Below, piece by piece: positions 14,000 to 23,760 of a stretch of DNA of 63,438 nt. Location: contig JALUTT010000028.1 in assembly GCA_027021705.1 (NCBI GenBank), positions 1 through 63,438 of the forward strand, in the 5' to 3' direction. How positions within the stretch are numbered: position 1 is the first letter of the stretch; the number at the start of each line of letters is the position of its first letter. A program made the translations under genes and the position numbers. A model generated the notes under the pieces. It was not told where the DNA came from. It saw nothing but the letters and a program-made list of their open reading frames with translations, and did not search any database. Source of the DNA: Anaerolineae bacterium. Lineage in GTDB: Bacteria > Chloroflexota > Anaerolineae > S140-20.

Positions 14000-14334
14000 G
14001 TGTGCTTACTGCACCGCTGAGCGCTCTGGGGCTCCTGGCCCTCACCTATATGCTCTACATCTTGGCCAGCCTCAGCCAACGTCTGGGCGCGGTCATCCGC
14101 ATGCGTCCTTACTATCGAGGCTTTTACCTTTCCATCGCGCTGACCCTCATCGCTTTCGTGGCCCACCTGATGCGGAGCAGCGTCCTGCTGGCCCCGGAAG
14201 AAGGACCTCCTCTGCTCAACAACACGATCTTCTACCTTCTGGCTTATTACCTTCCCCTCACCCTCGCTGTGACCATCAGCCTGGTCGTGGCTTGGCGTTA
14301 CTGGGGATGGCTGTTGCAAGAGCGAGACGGATAG
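13996..14334 (+). CDS. Small membrane protein, about 3 TM, unknown function
   Basis: GTG start overlapping upstream stop after GGAGG; 112 aa hydrophobic part of ORF 13633..14334. Confidence 0.75.
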   Translation: MSVLTAPLSALGLLALTYMLYILASLSQRLGAVIRMRPYYRGFYLSIALTLIAFVAHLMRSSVLLAPEEGPPLLNNTIFYLLAYYLPLTLAVTISLVVAWRYWGWLLQERDG

Positions 14335-14337
14335 CCA

Positions 14338-17300
14338 ATGGCGGGCTTCTATGCCGATCCCACCCACCCCGCTAACCCATCAGGGGAGACAACGCTCCAA
14401 GAACTGCAACAACGGATCGCCGAATTCCAGGCCCTGGATCGGGTGACCAAGACGGTCACCCGCTCTCTAGACCTGGACGAGGTGATGGAGGCAGCCCTGG
14501 ACGTGGCCCTGGACCTGCTCCGTGTCGAGGCAGGAGCCATCAGCCTGGTGGACGAACAGAAGGAGGCGCTGGTCTTCCGAGCTCAAAAGGGATGGCGACA
14601 CCAGGACTTCGTCCGTCAGGGGATCTCCGTGCCCCTCCACCACGGCCTCTCCGGCCTGGCCGTGCGCACCGGTCAGATCGTCGTCACCGGCGATGTCTCC
14701 AACGATCCCCGGGTTGCCATCCCCGCCTTTCGTGAAGAGGGCATCCAAGCCATGGCCCTGGCCCCGATGCGTGCCCGGGGACGGGTCGTGGGGGTTCTGG
14801 GCGTGATGAGCTATGAGCCCCGCACCTTCACCGAGCACGAAACAGCCATCCTCTCCAGCATCGCCGATCGCATCGGCCTGGCCATTGACAACGCCCGTCT
14901 GTACGACGAAGCGTTGGACCGAGAGCAGTTCGCCACCGCGCTGGGACGGGTTGCCCTGGCGCTGAACAGTACGCTGGAACTCCCCCGGGTGCTCGACCTC
15001 ATCTGTCGGGAGAGCATTGGCCTCTTCGACCTGGACGGTGCCTTTGTCTGGCTCGTGGAGGGGGACCGGCTGGTCGGCATCGCCGGGGAAGGACCGGGGC
15101 GGGATGCCTTCTTGGGCATGAGCCTCCCCCTCTCCGAACAGAAAGCCCTGGGCGTCCGGGTCATCCAGGAGGCCCGCCCCATCTACCTGAACGCGGTCCA
15201 GCAAATGCCCGAAGCGGAGAAGCCCGCCAACCGCTACCTCTTCGAGCTCTTCAACGTCCAGTCCATCCTGGGCGTCCCGCTACTGAAGGGCAAGCGACCG
15301 GTAGGAGCCCTGATGCTGGTGGACGCCCGCCATCCGGATCGCTTTGGGGCCCGCGACGTGGAGCGGGCCGCGCTCCTGGGCACTCAGGCAGCGCTGGCCA
15401 TCGAGAACGCCCGCCTTTACGCCCAGACCCAACGGCGGCTCCAGGAACAGTCCGCCCTGCACGAGGTAGCTGTCGCCACTCGGGGGCTTCTGAACCCCCA
15501 GGCAGTCATCGAGCGCGGGCTGGCCGCCCTCATCGCCCTCTTCGAACTCGATATGGCCGCCCTCTTCTTTATGGATCGCCAGGGCCGGCTCATCCCTCAC
15601 ACGATGCGAGGAGCCTCCCGCCGGGAGTGGGAAGCCCTGCGCCGCAAGCCGATCCCGCTACAGATGCTCCTCCTCTCCCCGCCCTCGGATCCGATTGAGG
15701 CCCACCACACCGCCGAGATCGCTGAGGACGTGGAAGCCCTCCCCCCCGAGGCATCGCCCTTGGCCCGCCAGATGGGCATGCGCACGATGGCCATCCTCCC
15801 CCTGGTGGTCAGCGGGCGCCTCCTGGGCTTCGTCAGCCTGGGAGCCCGCCGGCCGGCAGCCCTCAACCGCAAGGACATCCCCCTCCTGGAGAGCCTGAGC
15901 ACCCAACTGGCCGTCGCCATCGAAAACGCCCGCCTCTACGAGCAGATGGAACGACGCCTGGAGGAGCTCTCCTCCCTCTCCCGGGTCAGCGCCGCGCTGA
16001 ACCGGGCCTTGAGCCTGGAGGAGATCCTCACCATCGTCCTCGACGAAGCCCAGTCCCTGATCCACTACCAGACCGCTGCCATACTCCTGCGCCGGGAGGA
16101 GGACGAAACCCTCTACGTGGCCGCGGCCCGAGGGATGTCCCAGGAAGAGATCCATCGCTTTAACCAGCAACAGATCACCTGCCGTCAAGGCTGCCTCGCT
16201 CAGGTCTGGGACCGGGGAAGCTGCCTGGAGATTGACGAGGCCCACCGAGTTCCCGACGTCATCCCCCTAACCCAGACCATCCCACCCCGCCTCACCTACG
16301 TCCCTCTGCGCACGGAGGTGGGGGTCATCGGCCTGATCGTCCTGGACGACGTACCGACCAACGAGGCGACCCGGCATCTCCTCCTGAGCCTGGCCGACAT
16401 CGCCGCCGCTGCCATCCGGAAGGCCCGTCTTTACGGGGAGACAGAACGGCGGGTGGCCGAGTTGACCGCCCTGCAGGAAGTCAGCCTCCAGGTTACTTCC
16501 TCCCTGGACCTCTGGACGGTGCTGGAGACGATCACCCAATCGGCCCTGAAGCTGACCCAAGCTCAGACCGTCCAGATCTACCTCTATGATCCCCAGCGGG
16601 AGCGGCTGATCTTCGGGACGGCGATGTGGGCCGACGGTTCCCGTCGGCCCTTGGTGGGCCATCCCTCCCACGATGGCTTCATCGCCCAGGTGGCACACAC
16701 AGGCCATCCCGACTTCGTAGAAGAGGTGGCCAGGTATCCCCATCAGGACCGCCTGGAGATCGGCGAGCATCCCTTGCAGGCCCTGGCCGGCTTCCCCCTA
16801 AAGCGGGCCGACCAGGTGCTGGGCGTCCTCGCCATCGCCTATGGAGAGACCCACCGTTTCTCCGACGACGAGGTGCGGATGCTGAACCTGCTGGCCGATC
16901 AGGCCGCCATCGCGGTGGACCACGCCCGCCTCTTCGCCTTGGAGAGCCGCCGCTCCGCCCACATGGCCCTCATCAACCAGGTTGCCCGCCAGGCGACGGC
17001 CACCTTGGACCTGGGCCGGCTTCTCCAACGGGCAGCCCAGGCGATCCGCACCAACTTTGGCCGCTTCCACGTCGCCCTCTTCCTGATGGACGAGGAGCGG
17101 GATCACGTCGTACTGCGGGCGGTGGCCGGAGGCCACGCCGACCTGATCCAGCCGGGATACGAACTGCCGCTGGGCGAGGGCATCGTCGGTTGGGTCGCCC
17201 AGCAGGGAGAGACCCTGGTCATCAACGACGTGGAGCAGGACCCCCGCTACCAGCCCTTCTCCCCAGAGCAGAAAGCGGTCTGCTCGGAGATGGCCGTGCC

Positions 17301-19686
17301 CCTCAAGCTGGCCGGCCAGGTGATCGGCGTGCTGGATGTCCAGGACCTGGAGCCCGGCGCCTTCGATAAGGACCACGTGCGGGCCCTAGAGACGCTGGCC
17401 GATCAACTGGCCGTTGCCATAGACAATGCCCGCCTCTACGAAGAGGTGCGTCGCCGCCTAACCGAACTGAGTGCCCTGCAGGAGGTCACCCTGCAGATCA
17501 CCGCCTCGCTAGACGTGCACACCGTCCTAGACACCATCGTCCGCCACGGTCTGAGCATCACCAAGGCGGACAACGTCCACATCTACCTATATGATGAGAC
17601 CCAAGGTCGGTTCACCATCGGCACCGCCCTCTGGCAAGATGGACGGCGCACGCCGGCGGTGAAGGCGCCCCGCCCCCACGGGTTGACGAGCACCGTGCAG
17701 CGGACCGGCCGCCCCCTCATCATCAACGACGCCCCCAGCCACCCCCTCTTCCAAGACGGGAAGGCGATCCAGTGGGAACTCCACGCCATCGCCGGGTTCC
17801 CCCTGCGCCACGGTCACCAGGTCCTGGGGGTCTTCACGGCCGCCTACCGTCGGCCCCACCGCTTCAGCGAGCACGAGATCCGCCTCTTCACCCTTCTGGC
17901 CGACCAGGCGGCCATCGCCATCGCCAACGCTCGCCTCTTCCAGGAGACCCAGCGCCGCCTGGAGGAGGTCACCCTGCTCCACCGGGTCGCTCTGGCCGCT
18001 ACCTCTGCGCCCGACTTCAACACCCTGGTCTCTCAGGTCGTGGAGGCCCTGCGGCGTACCCTGGATGCCGACTACATTGACTTGCTGCTCCTGGATTCTG
18101 AGCAAGAGATGCTCGTCTTCCACCCCTCGCTGAAGGGGGAAACCACCCGGGGGGAGATCCATCAGATCGCCCGGATCCCTCTAGGGCAAGGCATCACCGG
18201 AACGGTCGCTCAGACCGGCGAACCGCTCCGGGTGAACGACGTTCGCCACGACCCCCGCTACCTGGAACTCTACGAAGATGTCCGGTCTGAGCTATGCGTT
18301 CCCCTCCAGGTGGGCGACCAGGTGATCGGCGTCATCAACCTGGAGAGCACCCGCCCCAACGCTTTCTCCCTCGATGACGAGCGGTTGATGGTCACGGTGG
18401 CCCGTCAGTTGGCAGTTATTATGGAAAATACTCGCCTACATCAAGAGACCCGGCGCCGGCTGGCCGAAGTGACCACCCTCTACAAGTTCGCCCAGCAGCT
18501 CAGCCGCAGTCTGGAGATGGATGAAGTCCTGGAGACCATCGTCTCCTCTCTCAAGGAAGTGCTGGGCTGTCGGGGGGTCTCCATCGCCCTGCTAGACCCG
18601 GAGACGGAGGTCCTGGAGATCCGGGCGGCAGCCGGCCTCCAGGAACGATGGAAGCGGGAAGCACGGCTGAAGGTGGGCGAGGGCGTGATGGGACAGGTGG
18701 CCATCACCGCCACACCGATGTACGTCGCCGATACCTACACCTACGAGGGGTTCATCTTTTTCGACAAGGCCGTCCGCTCCCTGATGGTTGTCCCCCTGCT
18801 GGTCAAGGACCGCGTCATCGGGACCCTCTCGGTGGACCACGCAGTCCCCAACGCCTTCACCGAGGACGATGAGCGGCTGTTGACCATCGCCGCTGCTCAG
18901 GCGGCCATCGCCATCGAGAACGCCCGCCTCGTCCAGGGGCTCCGGGAGCGGGCTGCGGCGCTGGCCAAAGCCTACGAAGAGCTCAAAGAGTTGGACCGGA
19001 TGAAGGATGAGTTAATCCAGAACGTCTCCCACGAGCTGCGGACTCCCCTCACCTTCGTCAAAGGATACGTGGAACTGCTGCTGGCCGGAGATATGGGTCC
19101 CCTGAACGAAGAGCAGATAAAGAGTCTGCGCATCGTGGCCGACAAGACCAACACCGTCACCCGGCTCGTGGGTGACATCGTGCTGCTCCAGCAGATCGAG
19201 CGCGAACAGATGGAACTGGTCCCCATCTCCATCGTCAGCATCGCGCGCCGGGCCATCGCCGGCAGCCAGGCCACCGCCGTCCGCCAGGGGGTTCGGATCG
19301 AACTGGAGGCTCCACCCGACCTGCCCCCGGCCTTAGGAGATGAAGGGAGACTGGAGCAGGTTTTCGATAACCTGTTGGGAAACGCTATCAAGTTCAGCCC
19401 CGATGGGGGTGAAGTGCGCGTGACGCTGAAAGAGACAGAGGACGCCATCCTAGTTCAGGTCTCCGACGAAGGGATCGGCATCCCCGCCGACAAGCTGGAG
19501 CGGATCTTCGACCGCTTCTACCAGGTGGATGGTTCTTCCACCCGACGGTTCGGCGGCACCGGTTTGGGGCTGGCCATCGTCAAACGGATCGTTGAGGCCC
19601 ACGGGGGGCGCGTTTGGGTCACCAGCCAGGAAGGGGAGGGGAGCACCTTCTACTTCACAGTTCCCAAAGCCGAAGCGAAGGCCTGA
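14338..19686 (+). CDS. Cytoplasmic sensor histidine kinase with nine tandem GAF domains
   Basis: Nine AIENARL-type linker helices; SHELRTPL H-box, [22 protein letters not shown]; no TM segment. Confidence 0.93.
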   Translation: MAGFYADPTHPANPSGETTLQELQQRIAEFQALDRVTKTVTRSLDLDEVMEAALDVALDLLRVEAGAISLVDEQKEALVFRAQKGWRHQDFVRQGISVPLHHGLSGLAVRTGQIVVTGDVSNDPRVAIPAFREEGIQAMALAPMRARGRVVGVLGVMSYEPRTFTEHETAILSSIADRIGLAIDNARLYDEALDREQFATALGRVALALNSTLELPRVLDLICRESIGLFDLDGAFVWLVEGDRLVGIAGEGPGRDAFLGMSLPLSEQKALGVRVIQEARPIYLNAVQQMPEAEKPANRYLFELFNVQSILGVPLLKGKRPVGALMLVDARHPDRFGARDVERAALLGTQAALAIENARLYAQTQRRLQEQSALHEVAVATRGLLNPQAVIERGLAALIALFELDMAALFFMDRQGRLIPHTMRGASRREWEALRRKPIPLQMLLLSPPSDPIEAHHTAEIAEDVEALPPEASPLARQMGMRTMAILPLVVSGRLLGFVSLGARRPAALNRKDIPLLESLSTQLAVAIENARLYEQMERRLEELSSLSRVSAALNRALSLEEILTIVLDEAQSLIHYQTAAILLRREEDETLYVAAARGMSQEEIHRFNQQQITCRQGCLAQVWDRGSCLEIDEAHRVPDVIPLTQTIPPRLTYVPLRTEVGVIGLIVLDDVPTNEATRHLLLSLADIAAAAIRKARLYGETERRVAELTALQEVSLQVTSSLDLWTVLETITQSALKLTQAQTVQIYLYDPQRERLIFGTAMWADGSRRPLVGHPSHDGFIAQVAHTGHPDFVEEVARYPHQDRLEIGEHPLQALAGFPLKRADQVLGVLAIAYGETHRFSDDEVRMLNLLADQAAIAVDHARLFALESRRSAHMALINQVARQATATLDLGRLLQRAAQAIRTNFGRFHVALFLMDEERDHVVLRAVAGGHADLIQPGYELPLGEGIVGWVAQQGETLVINDVEQDPRYQPFSPEQKAVCSEMAVPLKLAGQVIGVLDVQDLEPGAFDKDHVRALETLADQLAVAIDNARLYEEVRRRLTELSALQEVTLQITASLDVHTVLDTIVRHGLSITKADNVHIYLYDETQGRFTIGTALWQDGRRTPAVKAPRPHGLTSTVQRTGRPLIINDAPSHPLFQDGKAIQWELHAIAGFPLRHGHQVLGVFTAAYRRPHRFSEHEIRLFTLLADQAAIAIANARLFQETQRRLEEVTLLHRVALAATSAPDFNTLVSQVVEALRRTLDADYIDLLLLDSEQEMLVFHPSLKGETTRGEIHQIARIPLGQGITGTVAQTGEPLRVNDVRHDPRYLELYEDVRSELCVPLQVGDQVIGVINLESTRPNAFSLDDERLMVTVARQLAVIMENTRLHQETRRRLAEVTTLYKFAQQLSRSLEMDEVLETIVSSLKEVLGCRGVSIALLDPETEVLEIRAAAGLQERWKREARLKVGEGVMGQVAITATPMYVADTYTYEGFIFFDKAVRSLMVVPLLVKDRVIGTLSVDHAVPNAFTEDDERLLTIAAAQAAIAIENARLVQGLRERAAALAKAYEELKELDRMKDELIQNVSHELRTPLTFVKGYVELLLAGDMGPLNEEQIKSLRIVADKTNTVTRLVGDIVLLQQIEREQMELVPISIVSIARRAIAGSQATAVRQGVRIELEAPPDLPPALGDEGRLEQVFDNLLGNAIKFSPDGGEVRVTLKETEDAILVQVSDEGIGIPADKLERIFDRFYQVDGSSTRRFGGTGLGLAIVKRIVEAHGGRVWVTSQEGEGSTFYFTVPKAEAKA

Positions 19687-19808
19687 GAGGAGGGAGCGGA
19701 GAAGCAGCGTCTTAGCGAACGAGCGAGAGGTGGACGCGGACTCGTCCCCTGGCCCGCTCACCATCTTACCCAATCGGACCCATTCGGCCCATTGAAGGGG
19801 GGAGATTC

Positions 19809-20894
19809 GTGGCGCGAAGAGAACGGTTCAATCGGCAAGCTCGCGTGAACTTGCGACAGGAACTCTATGCCTTACCCAAAGTAGACCTACACCGACACCT
19901 GGAAGGGAGCCTGCGCCTAAAGACCCTGGCCGAAATCGCCCAGGAACATGGGCTGGACCTGCCCAGCTACGACATCGAGCAGTTACGCCCCTACGTCCAG
20001 GTCACCAACGACCCACCCGACTTCCACCGCTTTCTGGAGAAATTCCGGCTGCTACGCCGCTTCTACACGACACCGGAAGCAGTGAAGCGGGTGGCCTACG
20101 AGGCAGTGGCCGATGCTGCCGAGGACAATGTCCGCTACCTGGAACTCCGGCTGAATCCCGAGGCCCTGGCCGAGGCCCGTCGCTTCTCCCTGAGCGACGT
20201 GGCCGATTGGGTGATCGAAGCGGTCCACCAGGCCCAGGCCGACTACGACATCCAGGTCCGGCTCATCGCCATGATCCGCCGAGACAAAAGCCTGGAGAAC
20301 GCCTGGGAGATCGCCCGACTGGCCATCGAACGCAGAGATGATGGATTCGTGGGTCTGGACCTGGCCGGCGACGAGGTGAACTATCCGGCCACCCCCTTCA
20401 TCTCCGTCTTCCAGGCTGCTAAGGAAGCCGGCTTGGGGATCACCATCCACGCTGGCGAGCACGGAAGCGCTGAAAACGTGCGCGAAGCCATCTGCGAGAT
20501 GGGCGCGGACCGCATCGGCCACGGCGTCCGTTCCATCGAAAACCACCAGGTGATCCAGCTGCTCCGGGAACACAAGACCGTCCTGGAAGTCTGCCCTACC
20601 AGCAACCTCCAGACCGGCGTGATGCACAGCTTCGCCCACCACCCTCTGCGCGACCTCTACTACTTGGGAGTCCGGGCTACCATCAACACCGATGACCCCA
20701 GCGTCTCCGACACAACCCTGACCGACGAATACTTGGTAGCCGTGATGGGCATCGGCATAGCCATCCCCGACATCAAGCAGATGATCCTCTATGCCGCCGA
20801 AGGAGCCTTTCTCCCCCCTGACGAAAAAGCCGCCCTCATCGCCCGCCTACGCCAGGAGATGGGCATAGAAGTGCAGGTAGGGACTGAAGGGTAG
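19809..20894 (+). CDS. add: Adenosine deaminase family amidohydrolase
   Basis: DLHRHLEGS, GLDLAGDE, HAGE, RIGHG, CPTSN, NTDDP; substrate cannot be determined by eye; start GTG 19809 or 19845. Confidence 0.88.
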   Translation: MARRERFNRQARVNLRQELYALPKVDLHRHLEGSLRLKTLAEIAQEHGLDLPSYDIEQLRPYVQVTNDPPDFHRFLEKFRLLRRFYTTPEAVKRVAYEAVADAAEDNVRYLELRLNPEALAEARRFSLSDVADWVIEAVHQAQADYDIQVRLIAMIRRDKSLENAWEIARLAIERRDDGFVGLDLAGDEVNYPATPFISVFQAAKEAGLGITIHAGEHGSAENVREAICEMGADRIGHGVRSIENHQVIQLLREHKTVLEVCPTSNLQTGVMHSFAHHPLRDLYYLGVRATINTDDPSVSDTTLTDEYLVAVMGIGIAIPDIKQMILYAAEGAFLPPDEKAALIARLRQEMGIEVQVGTEG

Positions 20895-20968
20895 GGCACC
20901 GACCGCGAAGCCGCCGCTAGGCCGCTAACCGGCCGGCCGATAAATCACCAATCCACGGGAGGTTGATA

Positions 20969-21844
20969 ATGGAACAACCCGATCTGACGGAACACTTTCT
21001 GGAGTTGGTCCGCCGCACCTCCACCGACCTGCGCTCCGACGTCGAAGAAGCGCTGCGGCGCGCCCGTGACCAGGAAGAGCCCGGTTCGGCAGCCCGAGCT
21101 GCCTTGGACACCATCCTCAAGAACATCGAACTGGCCCGCCAAAAGTCCACCCCCATCTGTCAGGACACCGGTACCCCTATCTTCTACGTCTACTACCCCA
21201 CCGGCTGGTCCACCCTCAAGCTGAGGCAGCAGATCCGCCAGGCCGTGGCCGAAGCCACCCGGCGGGCCTACCTGCGCCCCAACGCCGTGGACAGCCTGAC
21301 GGGCCGGAACACCGGCGACAACCTCGGCGACGCCTTCCCCTACATCCACTTCGAGGAGTGGGAGGAGGACTACCTGAAGGTGGACCTGATGCTCAAAGGG
21401 GGCGGCTGCGAGAACGTGGGGGCCCAGTACAAGCTGCCCGACACCCGGCTCAAAGCCGACCGAGACCTGGAGGGGGTGCGCAAAGTCGTCCTCGACGCCG
21501 TCCACAAGGCCCAGGGGAAGGGATGTGCCCCCGGCATCATCGGTGTGGCCATTGGCGGTGACCGGACGACCAGCTACATCCGCTCCAAGGAGCAGTTCTT
21601 CCGCCCCCTGGACGACGAAAACCCCAACCCCGATCTGGCCGCGATGGAGAAGCGGCTGACGGAGCAGGCCAACAGCCTGGGGATCGGCCCGATGGGCTTC
21701 GGGGGCCGAACGACGGTGCTGGGCATCAAGGTGAGCGCACTGCACCGGCTGCCTGCCTCCTACTTCGTCACCGCCAGCTACATGTGCTGGGCCGACCGCC
21801 GGCGCACCCTCACCTACCGCGACGGCCAGGTCGAGATCCGCTGA
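20969..21844 (+). CDS. Class I Fe-S fumarate/tartrate hydratase, alpha subunit
   Basis: PICQDTG, KGGGCEN, GCAPG, HRLPAS motifs. Confidence 0.9.
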   Translation: MEQPDLTEHFLELVRRTSTDLRSDVEEALRRARDQEEPGSAARAALDTILKNIELARQKSTPICQDTGTPIFYVYYPTGWSTLKLRQQIRQAVAEATRRAYLRPNAVDSLTGRNTGDNLGDAFPYIHFEEWEEDYLKVDLMLKGGGCENVGAQYKLPDTRLKADRDLEGVRKVVLDAVHKAQGKGCAPGIIGVAIGGDRTTSYIRSKEQFFRPLDDENPNPDLAAMEKRLTEQANSLGIGPMGFGGRTTVLGIKVSALHRLPASYFVTASYMCWADRRRTLTYRDGQVEIR

Positions 21845-21853
21845 TGCCGGGGC

Positions 21854-21946
21854 CCCTCCCGCAGGTTGCCCCCACGGCCCGAAGCGTGTCACCGATGGCC
21901 TCCGCTAGCCATTGCCGCCATCAAGCTCGCGTGACCTGCAGGAGGG
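21854..21946 (+). repeat. Inverted-repeat-bounded element, copy 1 (subfamily A)
   Basis: CCCTCCCGCAGGTT ... GTGACCTGCAGGAGGG; interior resembles copy 3. Confidence 0.85.
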
Positions 21947-21974
21947 CGACCACGCCGATCACAGGAGGAAGAAG

Positions 21975-22601
21975 ATGGCCACCTATCACCTGAACATCCC
22001 CATCTCCGACGAGGAGATCCTGAAGCTGCACGCGGGCGATACCGTCTACCTGAACGGCGTGATGGTGACGGCCCGTGACGCGGCCCACAAGTACATAATG
22101 GAAAACTTCATCAAGACCGGCGGCAACCCTCCTGAGTCCGAAGCTGCGTTGTACGAAGAACTGAAGCGGCTGCTGCGCGGTGGCGTCCTCTACCATTGCG
22201 GCCCCGTCGTGCGTCAGGACGAGGCGGGGAAATGGCACTTCGTCGCCGCCGGCCCCACCACCAGCATCCGTGAGGAGCCCTACGAGGCCGACGTCATCGC
22301 CCACTTCGGCCTCAAGGGGGTGATAGGCAAGGGGGGGATGGGACCGAGGACCCTGGCCGCCTGCCAGGAGCACAAAGCGGTCTACTTCCACGCCGTGGGT
22401 GGGGCCGCCACCCTCATCGCCGACGCCGTCAAGGAGGTGCTGGCCGTCTACAAGAAAGAGGAGTTCGGCGTCCCCGAAGCCTTCTGGGTGATCCGCGTCG
22501 AGGAGTTCCCCGTCGTCGTCACGATGGACGCCCACGGGGAATCCATCCACGCCGTGGTGGAGGAGCAATCCAAAGAGAAGCTGGCCGCGCTGATCGCCTG
22601 A
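21975..22601 (+). CDS. Class I Fe-S fumarate/tartrate hydratase, beta subunit
   Basis: TARDAAH, YHCGPV, AGPTTSIRE, GKGGM, MDAHG; AGGAGG RBS. Confidence 0.9.
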   Translation: MATYHLNIPISDEEILKLHAGDTVYLNGVMVTARDAAHKYIMENFIKTGGNPPESEAALYEELKRLLRGGVLYHCGPVVRQDEAGKWHFVAAGPTTSIREEPYEADVIAHFGLKGVIGKGGMGPRTLAACQEHKAVYFHAVGGAATLIADAVKEVLAVYKKEEFGVPEAFWVIRVEEFPVVVTMDAHGESIHAVVEEQSKEKLAALIA

Positions 22602-22610
22602 GAGGGAGGG

Positions 22611-23015
22611 ATGCCTGCATCGGACCGGCCTCCCAAGACGGCGGCCGACCTCACGCCCGAGGAGATCGAAGCCTACCGCCGGGCCGCCCAAGAGCGCCGA
22701 GCGGCGCGGGAGCGGGCCATCGAAGCCCGGCGGCAGCGAGCCTGGAACGTGGCCCACGCCTCGGCGCAGCTCCTCAAGACACGCTTCGGAGCCCGCCGGG
22801 TGTGGGCCTTTGGCTCCCTGCTGCGCCGGGGGTTCGATCTGGACTCCGACGTGGACCTGATGGTCGAGGGGCTATCGCCGGCCCTGCTCGGCCAGGCCCT
22901 GGAGGCCGTCCAGGAGCTGGACCCCGAGATCGGCGTGGACCTGCTACGCTGGGAGGAGACGACCCTCCCCGCCAGCCTGCGCCGCCGCGTCGAGCGGGAG
23001 GGGGTGGAGCTGTAG
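22611..23015 (+). CDS. Minimal nucleotidyltransferase (MntA-like antitoxin)
   Basis: GS-X10-DXD motif (FGSLLRRGFDLDSDVDL). Confidence 0.85.
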   Translation: MPASDRPPKTAADLTPEEIEAYRRAAQERRAARERAIEARRQRAWNVAHASAQLLKTRFGARRVWAFGSLLRRGFDLDSDVDLMVEGLSPALLGQALEAVQELDPEIGVDLLRWEETTLPASLRRRVEREGVEL

Positions 23016-23256
23016 GGCCGACGGCCGACCGAGGGAGAGGCACTGAGGGGGAAGGCACCGAGGGGGGAGGCACCGAGGACTGAGGACTGAGGACTTCAGA
23101 ACCGACCGCCGACCGCCGACCGCCGACCGAGGGAGAGGCACCGAGGGGGGAGGCACCGAGGACTGAGGACTTCAGAACCGACCGCCGACCGCCGACCAAC
23201 GGCCGACCACCCGACTACTCGACCACTTGACCACCCGACCAAGCGACCACCCGACC
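23016..23256 (+). repeat. Mosaic tandem array (GAGGCACC, GGACTGA, CCGACCG, CGACCAC units) with an internal block duplication
   Basis: The block GAGGCACCGAGGACTGA...GGACTTCAGAACCGACCGCCGACC occurs twice. Confidence 0.9.
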
Positions 23257-23274
23257 AGAGCTAGGGAGGAACCC

Positions 23275-23760
23275 GTGGGACGCGAAGAATGGCTGCGCCT
23301 GGCCCTCTTCATCCGGGATGAACTGGGGGAGATCGAGAAGCTGCTGCACCGGGTCGAGCGTTTTCTGACGCTGGGCCTCCAGAGCGGCGAGGACGCCTAC
23401 TGGGATGCCATCGCGCTGAACCTGCACGGATTCTACAGCGGCGTCGAGCGCATCCTGGTGGAGATCGCCCGCGAGATGGATGAAGCCCTCCCCACCGGGC
23501 CGGACTGGCATCGGGCCTTGCTGCGCCAGATGGCCTGGGAAGTCCCCTCCCGCCGCCCGGCCGTCCTACAGCGCCCCACCCGGGAGTGCCTGGACGAGTA
23601 CCGGCGCTTTCGCCACCTGGTGCGCAACGTCTACACCTTCACCTTCGACCGCGCCCGCCTGCGAGAGCTGGCCGAGGCCCTACCCCGGTGCTACGAAGCC
23701 GTCCGCCAGGACCTACTCGCCTTCGCCCACTTCTTGGAGTCGCTATCCCCCCCTCCGTAA
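23275..23760 (+). CDS. HEPN domain (HepT-like) toxin
   Basis: LHGFYSGVERI, WHRALL..MA, RRFRHLVRNVY; GGAGG RBS before GTG 23275; adjacent to an MNT. Confidence 0.85.
   Translation: MGREEWLRLALFIRDELGEIEKLLHRVERFLTLGLQSGEDAYWDAIALNLHGFYSGVERILVEIAREMDEALPTGPDWHRALLRQMAWEVPSRRPAVLQRPTRECLDEYRRFRHLVRNVYTFTFDRARLRELAEALPRCYEAVRQDLLAFAHFLESLSPPP

Noticed and set aside
12888..20894. RADAR defence system or circadian kaiABC clock
   Set aside because: The ATPase is a small RecA-fold protein and the deaminase is standard size, unlike the much larger RdrA/RdrB; no kaiA or kaiB and no KaiC phosphosites
23016..23256. CRISPR array interpretation of the repeat tracts (also 37.5, 56.3 and 57.2 kb)
   Set aside because: Units are 7-8 nt in tandem with no unique spacers, and no cas genes are present
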